34,220 nucleotides of DNA. Origin: Octopus bimaculoides. Its lineage: Eukaryota. The notes beneath the pieces were generated by a model. That model did no database searches. It saw only the letters and a list, made by a program, of their open reading frames with translations, and had not been told where the DNA came from. Each line of letters begins with the position of its first letter. The first letter of the stretch is position 1. Where the stretch lies: the NCBI RefSeq assembly GCF_001194135.2, contig NC_068982.1, positions 21,642,118 through 21,676,337 of the forward strand. The letters are read 5' to 3'. This document shows, piece by piece, positions 24,061 to 34,220 of this stretch. Both the position numbers and the translations under genes were made by a program.

Positions 24061-26672
24061 CTTTCACTTGGAAACTTTTTAGGTTCCATTTTGTCTTTTA
24101 TCCATTGGGATCTAAAAAAATATATTAGTATTATCCTGGGGTTTGATTTCAAACATAAATCAATTTCTTTGATGTATTTGTTTTCTTTAGCCCTAGGTCA
24201 TCCCTGATGGGTAGACTGATGGTGAAGACCTTTTATTAGATCTGTTTATACTACCATTTCTTTCATACATAATGGATCTGAATTCAAGGTTATGATTTGA
24301 GGAATATTATGTTGTTACTTCAAACACGCTGTGTGACTACTTAGTGGCATACTCGTTGCTTCAGTCGAGGTTCCTTCATGTATAGGATGTCGGTAAATAT
24401 TATTGTTTAGTTTCAGATTGGTCCAGACTGGATCAAGCCTATTACCAGCCCTAAGCATCATATTTATAGCAAATCTCAGGAGGCACAGGACCACAATATC
24501 CAATATTTCTAACGACCACAAGAAGCTCCCACGTTCAGCATATTGTTAATGTCTGTATATGGTGTTGCTAATTCCACTGTTACTTATCCTCCTTAATCCA
24601 TATTCAATACTGATTCAGAAGACTCACGAACAAATACATTTCAGCCGTGAACTTTTTCGGGCGCATCTAAGAATACCATCTACTACGTTTTTTGACGAAT
24701 ATATCGCTGTTATTTTTAATATTACTAATGACTGTGTAGAGTCTTCGTATGAATAATATATTGTCTTATAATGTTTAACATATTTTTCTTGAACAACGGA
24801 GAACTTCTCATTTCGTGATCATATGCGACTGTTTTGCTCAATAAAGCTGTTAGCATATATTCCCACAAGGAATATGTCCTAATACTTCTTGTGTTCAAGA
24901 GCGGTGGATTTGGCAGCAACACAGGAACATTGGACAAAATATGCTGCGGTATTTGTTTATAGTATGAATCCAAATGCTACCGTGATCAAATTTTCCTTTC
25001 TGATAGAATTCTTTGAAATCTAACCATGTTATTGATATATAATAAATAACATCAACATACAAGAATCAATTCACTCTTGTATTCTTTTCTTCAACACCAA
25101 TTTTTATTTTACCCTTACAAAAGCAATCGACTTTTATTACTCTTCTACCAACAAAATACTGGGACCGATCCACGATACCCTACCTAGAAAATATGAGGAC
25201 TTATTTCCAGGAAAGACATTTATCACCCAAAACTATCAAATTCAGTAGAATACCCAACGTCATATAAAATTAATTTCAGATATTTCGTCTTTACTTCATA
25301 TTCTTCCAAGTTCAAATCCAATTCAGATCAGAAAATACTTTGAAAGCTATCCCTGTTATCGATAAAAGATAAGTTCCATTAACATAGTAGACTAGATTCA
25401 CTCGAGTATTCTTCTCCTCAACACTAATTTTTATTGTATCTTCCCAAAAGATATCGACATTTATTACTTTTCTTTTTGTCCTCTACTCTTTTGCTTTTCA
25501 CTTACTTTTATGTTTTATATTATTTTTACTTTTATGTAATTTATGTTCGTTACTCATATGTTACTTTTTCTTGTACCTAGCCTTATTTTTGTTGTCTTTC
25601 TCTATTCATTCTTCAACACTAGACTTTTATTATTTCGCTTTTCTTTTAATATATTAGTGCTTTCGCATATTTTTTCTTCACTTTCTTTTACAACGCATCC
25701 ATTCCCCGCAATTCCTTTACTGTTTTCTTCTTTATTTGTTTTTTTCTTATCTCATATGCTTTATTCTTCTCCTCTCTCCGTGACTCTTCCTCCTCTCTTT
25801 CTCCCCTCCCCTCTCGTTCTCTCTTGCAATAACGGATTGTATCTTTTGAATAAAGAAATAATACCGTCATTTTTTTTTCTCTCTCGTACATATGTCAGGG
25901 TTTTAGCAAGCAATATTTTACTAAAAGTGCATTTAACATAGCAATATCCTGCTAAAGTGCTTTGAACTCACAATGATATTTCAAAATTAATCCGCACACG
26001 CTAATGTTCCATTCATAACTGAAGTAATTTCCAAATGATAGATTGAAATGTTGAACAAGTTGTGATAGGTGCAAAATATATTCTGTTCTGTTCAACGCAA
26101 TTCTATTATGTTGTATAAGCAGTGGCAAAACTCTTATTCATTTCTATTGAAATCTGTAGTTTTCCATTCAGATATAAATGGATCAACAGCTTCCTGTTAA
26201 TTCACTGCCTGTCTACATAGCCGATTCGCTTTAGCTACTTTCTTCAACTGCTTTGCTTCTAGATTAGTGGCCTTGTCTGAAGGTGGTTTCTGCAATATAT
26301 AGAATATATTTCATATTTGTAATATCTGATTTACAGCGCTTTGCCATTAATACTATCTGAAGCCTGGATCATGGAAATTGAGTTGAAACTTTATAATCAA
26401 AGTCATTACTTGTGATTCTTTTGTTGGTGAAGAGGAATAATATAAGGTAAATTGGTCTTCGTAGGTAAACGGAAGATGAGCATTCACTTGTTCGCTTAAC
26501 AGGAAAAGCAGCTCATTAATATAATATGCAAATTGCTGAGTTATACACACACACGTTTGCCCGTGAAAGCTTAAAGCAACTCTCACCGTGTGACAAGCAA
26601 TTCTAAAACAATTCGAAAAGTACATCGTGCATCATATATATATATATATAAATATGTATATGTGTGTATGTG

Positions 26673-26704
<32 letters not shown>

Positions 26705-26996
26705 NNNNNNNNNNNNNNNNNNNNNNNNNNNNNNNNNNNNNNNNNNNNNNNNNNNNNNNNNNNNNNNNNNNNNNNNNNNNNNNNNNNNNNNNNNNNNNNN
26801 NNNNNNNNNNNNNNNNNNNNNNNNNNNNNNNNNNNNNNNNNNNNNNNNNNNNNNNNNNNNNNNNNNNNNNNNNNNNNNNNNNNNNNNNNNNNNNNNNNNN
26901 NNNNNNNNNNNNNNNNNNNNNNNNNNNNNNNNNNNNNNNNNNNNNNNNNNNNNNNNNNNNNNNNNNNNNNNTACATATATACATATATATATATAT

Positions 26997-27151
26997 GACG
27001 GGCTTCTTTCAGTTTCCGTCTACTACATCCACTCACAAGGCTTTGATCGGCCCAAGGCTATAGTAGAAGACTCTTCCCAAGGTGCCACGCAATGCGAATG
27101 AACCTGGAACCATGTGGTTCCTAAGCAAGCTACTTACCACACAGCCACTCC
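26997..27151 (-). mobile_element. Short tRNA-derived SINE (second family) with a (TA)n tail
   Basis: Reverse complement reads ggagtggctgtgtggtaag (A box)...ggttcattcgc (B-box-like)...gtggcaccttggg..cttctactatagcc...gacggaaactgaaagaagcccgtc, then (TA)n. Confidence 0.85.
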
Positions 27152-27204
27152 AACGCTTGTTCATGTTTACTTGCTTCAGCTTGATTATATATTAATTGTA
27201 TTTC

Positions 27205-27248
27205 GGCCAGTTTTCTTTTGTCACATTTCTTTGACCTCATCAGTGGTC
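27205..27248 (-). ncRNA. Degenerate hammerhead ribozyme motif (left pLTR)
   Basis: Minus strand reads GACCA-CUGAUGA-GGUCA...GUGAC-AAAA-GAAAAC-UGGCC. The G of GAAA and the UH triplet are mutated relative to the right copy. Confidence 0.5.
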
Positions 27249-27603
27249 CTTTGCGTTCTTCTTTCATTTTTGTGTGTCTCTCTTTACTAATGATCTGCCA
27301 TTTTGAATTCTTATTCTATGTGTCTTTATTTGCGCATGCGTATATCCCTATTGTGTTTAGTAAGTCTGCGTGTGGGGGGGGGGGATGTTCCTGCATTATC
27401 AGTATCCCCTGTTTATACATGTTCGTTTAATTTACTTTTAATTATTTGATTCATTTTTTTTAATATCTAATTACTTTTGCTTTTCCTTTTTATTTTTCTA
27501 TTTAATTTAGTTTAATTTATTTTGTTTATGTATATAGTTATTTAATTCCATGTATTTATCTGTGTATTGTATTATATTCATATCATTATCAGTTTATGGG
27601 ATC

Positions 27604-27769
27604 TTATTCTGTCATGGGTTGTGGTGTGTTGGGGTGCGCGCTAGTGTTCCATTCTAGTTTCCTATTGTGGCTAGGTTTATCTTCTCTTATGTGTTGTAGA
27701 TTCCGTAATTTGTCTAAGTGTCGCTTCTGTTCTACATGTGGACAAGATTTTAGCTTCTATGTTGTTGAG
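27604..27769 (-). pseudogene. GIY-YIG endonuclease C-terminal fragment of a Penelope-like element
   Basis: LNNIEAKILSTCRTEATLRQITES/(1-nt frameshift)QHIREDKPSHNRKLEW...* matches the PLE GIY-YIG tail pattern KIL....RQITEA.HI...PSLN.K.EW. Confidence 0.7.
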
Positions 27770-28098
27770 TACACAGATAAATAAATAGAATTAAATAACT
27801 ATATACATTAACAAAATAAATTAAATTAAATTAAATATAAAAAATAGAATTAAAAGAGAAAGTAAATATAAACAATTGAATAAAATAAATGAAGGTAAAT
27901 TAAACGAACGTGTATAAATAGGAGATACTGATAATGCACGCACATTCTCCTCCACTCACACACACACGCGCGCACACACTTACTAAACATGGACACACAC
28001 AGGGATATACGCATGCGTAAATAAAGTCACATGCAATAGGAATCCAAAATGGCAAATCATTAGGAATGAGAGACACACAAAAAAGAAAGAAAGCAAAA

Positions 28099-28142
28099 GA
28101 CCACTGATGAGGTCACGGAAGTGTGACGAAAGAACTCTGGCC
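28099..28142 (+). ncRNA. Minimal type I hammerhead ribozyme motif (right pLTR)
   Basis: GACCA-CUGAUGA-(G)-GUCAC-GGAAGU-GUGAC-GAAA-G-AA-CUC-UGGCC. Stem I is GACCA/UGGCC (one A-C mismatch), stem II is 5 bp and stem III is minimal. Predicted cleavage after C28137. Confidence 0.65.
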
Positions 28143-28326
28143 GAAATACGATTAATGTAAAATAAAGCTGAAGCAAATTAACACCAAATATATAGTGCGT
28201 GTGTTTTTATTAGCTAAACTGGCAAGTTGACCATCCCCAAATACCACAATATCTGTTTCAACATACGAATTCACATCAAGAATCTTGCAACACGAATATA
28301 TATATATAAACATAATTAACAATTAA

Positions 28327-28517
28327 TAATTAAGGGATCAACAACAGTTGCTTCACCACGTACCGAAGTTCAGAAATAGCAACTAAAGTGCTAAGACTTC
28401 AACAGATAGCAATACTTCTAACTCACATGTGTTACTATCTGTTGGAGTTTTACCACTTTAGCTGCTATTTCTGAATTTCGGTATGTGTTGAAGCAACTGT
28501 TGCTTATCCCTTAATTA
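28327..28517. mobile_element. Palindromic MITE-like hairpin (89-bp arms, 13-nt loop)
   Basis: 28327-28415 versus the reverse complement of 28429-28517: 78/89 identical, no gaps. Termini read TTAA-GGGAT...ATCCC-TTAA. Confidence 0.85.
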
Positions 28518-28769
28518 TGTTTATAAATGTATAAGAACTTTTAAATAAGTTCTTCACCAATAATCTTGTTTACATACCGAAGTGCTTGGTAAAAATTATT
28601 AATTGTTAATTTATTAATAAATCAATAATCCTTTACCCTTTTATATATATNNNNNNNNNNNNNNNNNNNNNNNNNNNNNNNNNNNNNNNNNNNNNNNNNN
28701 NNNNNNNNNNNNNNNNNNNNNNNNNNNNNNNNNNNNNNNNNNNNNNNNNNNNNNNATATATTCTTCTAT

Positions 28770-28810
28770 ATGTTTCAGCCCTAAGACTGTGGCCATGCTG
28801 GGGCACCACC
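28770..28810. mobile_element. Short SINE-associated repeat fragment next to a gap
   Basis: tgtttcagccctaagactgtggccatgctggggcaccacc resembles a repeat I recall as abundant in octopus genomes. Not verifiable within this window. Confidence 0.4.
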
Positions 28811-28856
28811 AGTATATATATGTGTATATCTATCTATCTATCTATCTCTATCTCTG

Positions 28857-28887
<31 letters not shown>

Positions 28888-28962
28888 GATATATATAGAT
28901 ATATATATATATATATTATGTATTTAATTGGCACTATACATGTACGCATATGTGTGTAGGCG

Positions 28963-29030
28963 TTTAATTTATTTTGTTAATGTATATAATTATTTAATCC
29001 CATTTATTTGTCTGTGTATTGTATTATATT
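28963..29030 (+). repeat. Third partial copy of the PLE pLTR inner segment
   Basis: tttaatttattttgttaatgtatataattatttaatcccatttatttgtctgtgtattgtattatatt matches 27511-27578. Confidence 0.7.
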
Positions 29031-29674
29031 ATATTAATGTGACTTTTGTTGATACACATCAATCCCGAAAATATCATGAACTTTCTTTTCCTATGTCAAA
29101 GTATCTCTCCGAACTTTAGCTACTGATATCCTGGGTTCAATACACCTCCTCATTTTCCAACTACTCTGTATAGAAGGATTTTGAGATGGCACTCGAGGGT
29201 TAATTATTCATTATTTCTTGTAAGTTGTGACTCCATGATTGGCAAATGTAATTGGGTGATTTTTATTATTGTTGTTGTTATTGAATCCACTGTTGTTATT
29301 ATTGAAACCCACACTGATCAAGTATTCTAATAATCGAACTCACTTCAACTCCGATAGTATATCTAGGACTACATTTAAAAATATTTCCTGTGACTACATA
29401 CACGGCAAGTTGTTACCTGAATGAAATTGATTGATTTACAGCTTCGGAGAGGAAGCTGGAAGGCATCTTAGAGATTCTCTAGATGAAAGGGAGCATTTAC
29501 ATATATAGGCAATGACCTAATTAAAATTGCAGACAAGTTTCCCTCAAGTCTTAGAATCCAGCTTTGGATAATGTGGATTTTAAGTTCAGTGAAAATAAGT
29601 GATGAACAATTATGGAATTTGCTCGATTACAGCTCTGCTCGAAGTGGTGTTAGATGAAGTTATGCATTAATAAC

Positions 29675-29714
<40 letters not shown>

Positions 29715-30274
29715 TATACATACATACATGCACACATATATTATGTCTGTCTGTCACTATGGTTATATATGTATGTATATATATATATATAATACTGATA
29801 GTGTTTATATTATGTTATATTTAAAAAAATTACACGCTAAACTGAAGGATTAGTCAATAATTTTTGTAGAGTACAACCTTATTATTTGACACTAAAGGCT
29901 GTTAAGTGTCAATAACAAAAACTGTTCTTATTGCTGCTTTGAAATTCGTAAAGACAACCACAATAAACAACAATGAAATAGAAACAATATTACAAGCTGG
30001 GAGATCGAACATCTTCCACACCAATGCTTTCTAGAGTAAAAAAAAGACCCTAAGACTCATTTGGCAGACGAATGAGATCATAGGCTTTAACAGCGATAGG
30101 CGACATCATTGATCATTGGTTTTTACATATTAACAAACAAGGCAACAAGTTTCAATTCATATCAAGTGCTCTCTACGACGGTCTATTACAACTCACGAAA
30201 AATAAAACAATGAATTTAGGAAAGAACTACAGCACTTCTGTACACCTAGCAAAATCTACCAAATGGTGAAGACG

Positions 30275-30493
30275 AAGACCTCTCCAGCCTGCCCTCTAAC
30301 GGGAAACTGTTTCACATTCAATATTGTTTGTAGCGCAACTGTAAACATGAACACTATGCCATGTACTACATTTATATATATTATACTTATAGGCTCTACA
30401 ACAGACTGGTTCATGACATAATATAACGAACAGATACATATTTTTCCTAACCCTCATATGAAAAACGATATTTCAGTCCAATGTTTCCTCTAA
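30275..30493 (+). pseudogene. Penelope-like GIY-YIG endonuclease relic
   Basis: CPLTGNCFTFNIVCSATV...LIGSTTDWFMT*YNEQIHIFPNPHMKN matches the PLE pattern CPLNGNC....IVY.ATV...YIG.T...FK.RYNNH..SF. Confidence 0.7.
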
Positions 30494-30703
30494 CGACTTT
30501 ACCAGGAAAATGTGTTACCACTCCCTCCCTACTGCTGTCTTCATCAATCTGCATGTTATACATAGACGCTAACATAAGACTTGGCACCCAACAAGCACTG
30601 TAGACATTATCTAAAAGTTCTCCAACTTTCAACAAAGTTTCCCCACATAAGTCATCTAATATATGTGCGCACACTTTGATTCACAAATATATGTATTTGC
30701 AGA

Positions 30704-31084
30704 GGCGCAATGGTCCAGTGGTTAGGGCAGCGAACTCGCGGTCATAGGATTGCGGTTTCGATTCCCAGACCGGGCGTTGTGAGTGCTTATTGAGTGAAAT
30801 CACCTAAAGCTCCACGAGGCTCCGGCAGGGGATGGTGGCGAACCCTGCTGTACTCTTTCACCACAATTTTCTCTCACTCTTAGTTCCTGTTTCTGTTGTG
30901 CCTGTAATTCAAAGGGTCAGCCTTGTCACACTGTGTCACGCTGAATATCCCCGAGAACTACGTTAAGGGTACACGTGTCTGTGGAGTGCTCAGCCACTTG
31001 CACGTTAATTTCACGAGCACGCTGTTCCGTTGATCGGATCAACTGGAACCCTCGACGTCGTAAGCGAGGGAGTGCCAACAACAA
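30704..31084 (+). mobile_element. Full-length tRNA-derived SINE (third family, ~380 bp)
   Basis: tRNA-like head GGCGCAATGGTCCAGTGGTTAGGGCAGCG (A box)...GGTTTCGATTCCC (B box), a unique body, two 3' hairpins and a short CAA tail. Confidence 0.88.
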
Positions 31085-32882
31085 TGTGTATTTATACAAT
31101 CACGTACTTATGAGCAGGAATGTTAGTGGACTAACATGGCTTAGAAAGTTTTATCATTTCTAGTTTTTAGACCTAATTGTATGCACATATTTTCATAATG
31201 CTTCGCACTTACATAAACTCATAAGTCTAAAACAATAGAGTACAAACATCCACACTTAAAACAAAGTAACAAACATATTTCAAAAGACCACAAAAGAATT
31301 ATTTGTATAACCCATAATCATTACCTCCCTAAAACACAGAGGTCAAAATTTCAAAATAGTAATCGAATAACTTTTAAAACAATTGTCTCCTAGAGAGAAA
31401 TATGTTGACCAACTAAACTTTAGCAAACAAACTTTACACCTAAGATAATTCTTTTGTGCAGATTAAAATATAAGACAAATTTCTACACAAACAACACCAT
31501 GACAACGCTGTCTGATAAACTCCACCTTCCTAATAATAAATGAAAATTTCCTAAATTGCATCATGTAAATAAATCTCCTGACCATCTAACCTTACCACCT
31601 ATTTACATTTTTATGTGCATGCTTAAAAACTCCATATACTAAAAGCTGATACACCTAAACAAACTCAACTAATTACAAGAGTTTGTAATGTAGGGTGAAA
31701 TCCTAAAATGAAGCTTCACCTTCTGAAAACAAAAGGTCAAATATCTCTTTAATATCCAATTGAAATCAAAAGCTACTAAACATAGTGACACAGCTGCTGA
31801 CCAACTAACCATTTCCATTTACTGACATTATTTTGGGAACTCCTGCAAAAACAACTCCATGACCGGACTCTGACGCACCTAAATAATCACAGTGTATTTG
31901 AAAGTTTTACATGCAAGAATATATTATGTCAACAAACCAACATTTCATCAATATAAAATTTTCGTAACACGTCAAAGAGAAAACCTAACCAGCAATGTAA
32001 CTACCATTCGACTCCGGGAAATTCCACCAAATCCGGGAAATTTTAAATTATCAGAGACTATACAAAGTATGAATGAACTCAAATATACCAGAGTCCGATG
32101 ATGTCCAAGCAGTTTGGAACTTCGGAAGTACTGTCAATACTATTCTTGTTAAAAGAATAATATATGCATTTATGTGTGTATATATATGCGTATGTGTGTG
32201 TGTGTGGGGGGGGGGTGTATGTGTGTGTATACCTGTATATTACAGTTTGCTACGAAACATAATGTTACGCACGCATAATTGCAATATATTGAACATATAT
32301 AATTCAAAACGCTTCTTTTATAACACGCACACATACACATATATATACATTTCCATATATAAACATGCGTAAATACATACATTCATATACAATTATATAT
32401 AGTATGTGTCTATGAATTTGTGCATATATATGTGTGTGGGTGTGTGGGTGTGTGCACGTATATATATACGAATTTACTCTCATACGTAGACGCATACTTA
32501 TATGTGTGTGTGTGTTTGTGAGTATTTATGTATGGAATTAAATAAGAGATCACGTGAAATATATAAAGTAAGAGTAAGAAAAGAAAGCAACAAAAGCAAA
32601 CATCGACATTAAATTTACTGGAAATCTACCAGATAGCCGTCAGTTATATGCTTTCCATAAATTTCTAAGATAAATAATACGGCTTGAAGTTTAAGGCATT
32701 GGCAGTACTGTGTTCCTCGACGTTCATAAAATGTGTAAATCTTAGATACGTGTCAAAGAAATCATAAATAGATGTAGCATATATACATACAGACACGCGC
32801 GCGCGTGCACACACACGTATATATGCATATATGTTTACACATATATATGTATGAATATATGTAGCATATGTACATATACATG

Positions 32883-32918
<36 letters not shown>

Positions 32919-34188
32919 NNNNNNNNNNNNNNNNNNNNNNNNNNNNNNNNNNNNNNNNNNNNNNNNNNNNNNNNNNNNNNNNNNNNNNNNNNNNNNNNNN
33001 NNNNNNNNNNNNNNNNNNNNNNNNNNNNNNNNNNNNNNNNNNNNNNNNNNNNNNNNNNNNNNNNNNNNNNNNNNNNNNNNNNNNNNNNNNNNNNNNNNNN
33101 NNNNNNNNNNNNNNNNNNNNNNNNNNNNNNNNNNNNNNNNNNNNNNNNNNNNNNNNNNNNNNNNNNNNNNNNNNNNNNNNNNNNNNNNNNNNNNNNNNNN
33201 NNNNNNNNNNNNNNNNNNNNNNNNNNNNNNNNNNNNNNNNNNNNNNNNNNNNNNNNNNNNNNNNNNNNNNNNNNNNNNNNNNNNNNNNNNNNNNNNNNNN
33301 NNNNNNNNNNNNNNNNNNNNNNNNNNNNNNNNNNNNNNNNNNNNNNNNNNNNNNNNNNNNNNNNNNNNNNNNNNNNNNNNNNNNNNNNNNNNNNNNNNNN
33401 NNNNNNNNNNNNNNNNNNNNNNNNNNNNNNNNNNNNNNNNNNNNNNNNNNNNNNNNNNNNNNNNNNNNNNNNNNNNNNNNNNNNNNNNNNNNNNNNNNNN
33501 NNNNNNNNNNNNNNNNNNNNNNNNNNNNNNNNNNNNNNNNNNNNNNNNNNNNNNNNNNNNNNNNNNNNNNNNNNNNNNNNNNNNNNNNNNNNNNNNNNNN
33601 NNNNNNNNNNNNNNNNNNNNNNNNNNNNNNNNNNNNNNNNNNNNNNNNNNNNNNNNNNNNNNNNNNNNNNNNNNNNNNNNNNNNNNNNNNNNNNNNNNNN
33701 NNNNNNNNNNNNNNNNNNNNNNNNNNNNNNNNNNNNNNNNNNNNNNNNNNNNNNNNNNNNNNNNNNNNNNNNNNNNNNTATATATATATATATGAATATA
33801 TATATATATATATCCCTATATACATACATATATATATATATATATAAATTGGAAGGTGCACATTGAAGTATAAGCGAAAATAATACCAACACACGCAAAC
33901 ACAAGCATACACATTTGCAGATGCCTGGAGATTTCTCGATAGAGTAAGGCTATACGTGCGTGCATAAGTCCATAGAAACTAAATTACATAAATCCCATAC
34001 ATTCACTGCAATATTCATCTATTTATATGTTTATATAGATTCATATCCGTTCGCTCATATATGTATGTGCTTGTGCGTGCATATATATATATATATGTGG
34101 GGGGGTAGATATATGTATATATATGCAGATGCATATATGTACACCCACGCATTCATAGTTATATGTAACTATATATAAATGTGTACAC

Positions 34189-34219
<31 letters not shown>

Positions 34220-34220
34220 T

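Larger units (their letters stand above)
27164..28183 (-). mobile_element. Penelope-like element, 5'-truncated, with inverted pseudo-LTRs (arms 27164-27566 and 27770-28183)
   Basis: ~400-bp arms are imperfect reverse complements. The spacer encodes a GIY-YIG C-terminal relic and each arm carries a hammerhead-like motif. Confidence 0.8.
446..33778. other. Assembly gaps: 446-1135, 10394-11110, 13141-13329, 19095-19338, 22791-23400, 26705-26971, 28651-28755, 32919-33778
   Basis: N runs, mostly bordered by (TA)n or (CA)n. They account for the long X-filled ORFs. Confidence 0.97.

Noticed and set aside
24400-24980. Short ORFs suggesting a decayed coding region
   Set aside because: No motif could be assigned on either strand.
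26172-26446. Pair of ~111-bp acceptor/donor-bounded segments separated by 54 nt
   Set aside because: In-frame stops, no homology, and an unusually short intron. Consistent with chance in AT-rich DNA.
30704-30772. tRNA gene
   Set aside because: A and B boxes are present, but there is no complete cloverleaf or acceptor stem and the sequence continues into a SINE body.
398-33912. Long ORF-track entries of 200-415 aa and homopolymer or dipeptide ORFs (poly-I, -L, -K, VCVC, YIYI, RERE)
   Set aside because: They are produced by N runs and microsatellites that lack stop codons, and they have no coding signal.

Overview
AT-rich, microsatellite-dense eukaryotic genomic DNA with eight N gaps (about 3.7 kb, mostly flanked by (TA)n). 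The repeat families suggest a cephalopod, probably Octopus (inference). No intact protein-coding gene, rRNA, tRNA or CRISPR array can be supported, and nearly all ORF-track entries are microsatellite or N-run artefacts. The window is mostly decayed mobile elements: a full-length dead mariner (4539-5829), an R4/Dong-clade LINE 3' fragment embedded in a trinucleotide array (about 7942-8806), several tRNA-derived SINEs and two palindromic MITE-like elements. It also holds three Penelope-like element (PLE) relics. The most notable is a ~1 kb PLE with ~400-bp inverted pseudo-LTRs around a GIY-YIG C-terminal fragment (27164-28183). Each of its arms carries a hammerhead-ribozyme-like motif, and the core is nearly canonical in the right arm. 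Also present are an inverted ~320-bp duplication of a stop-riddled exon-like segment, a 196-nt hairpin inside a splice-site-bounded cassette, and possible decayed CUB-domain exons. All protein and family assignments come from manual translation and motif recognition, not database searches.
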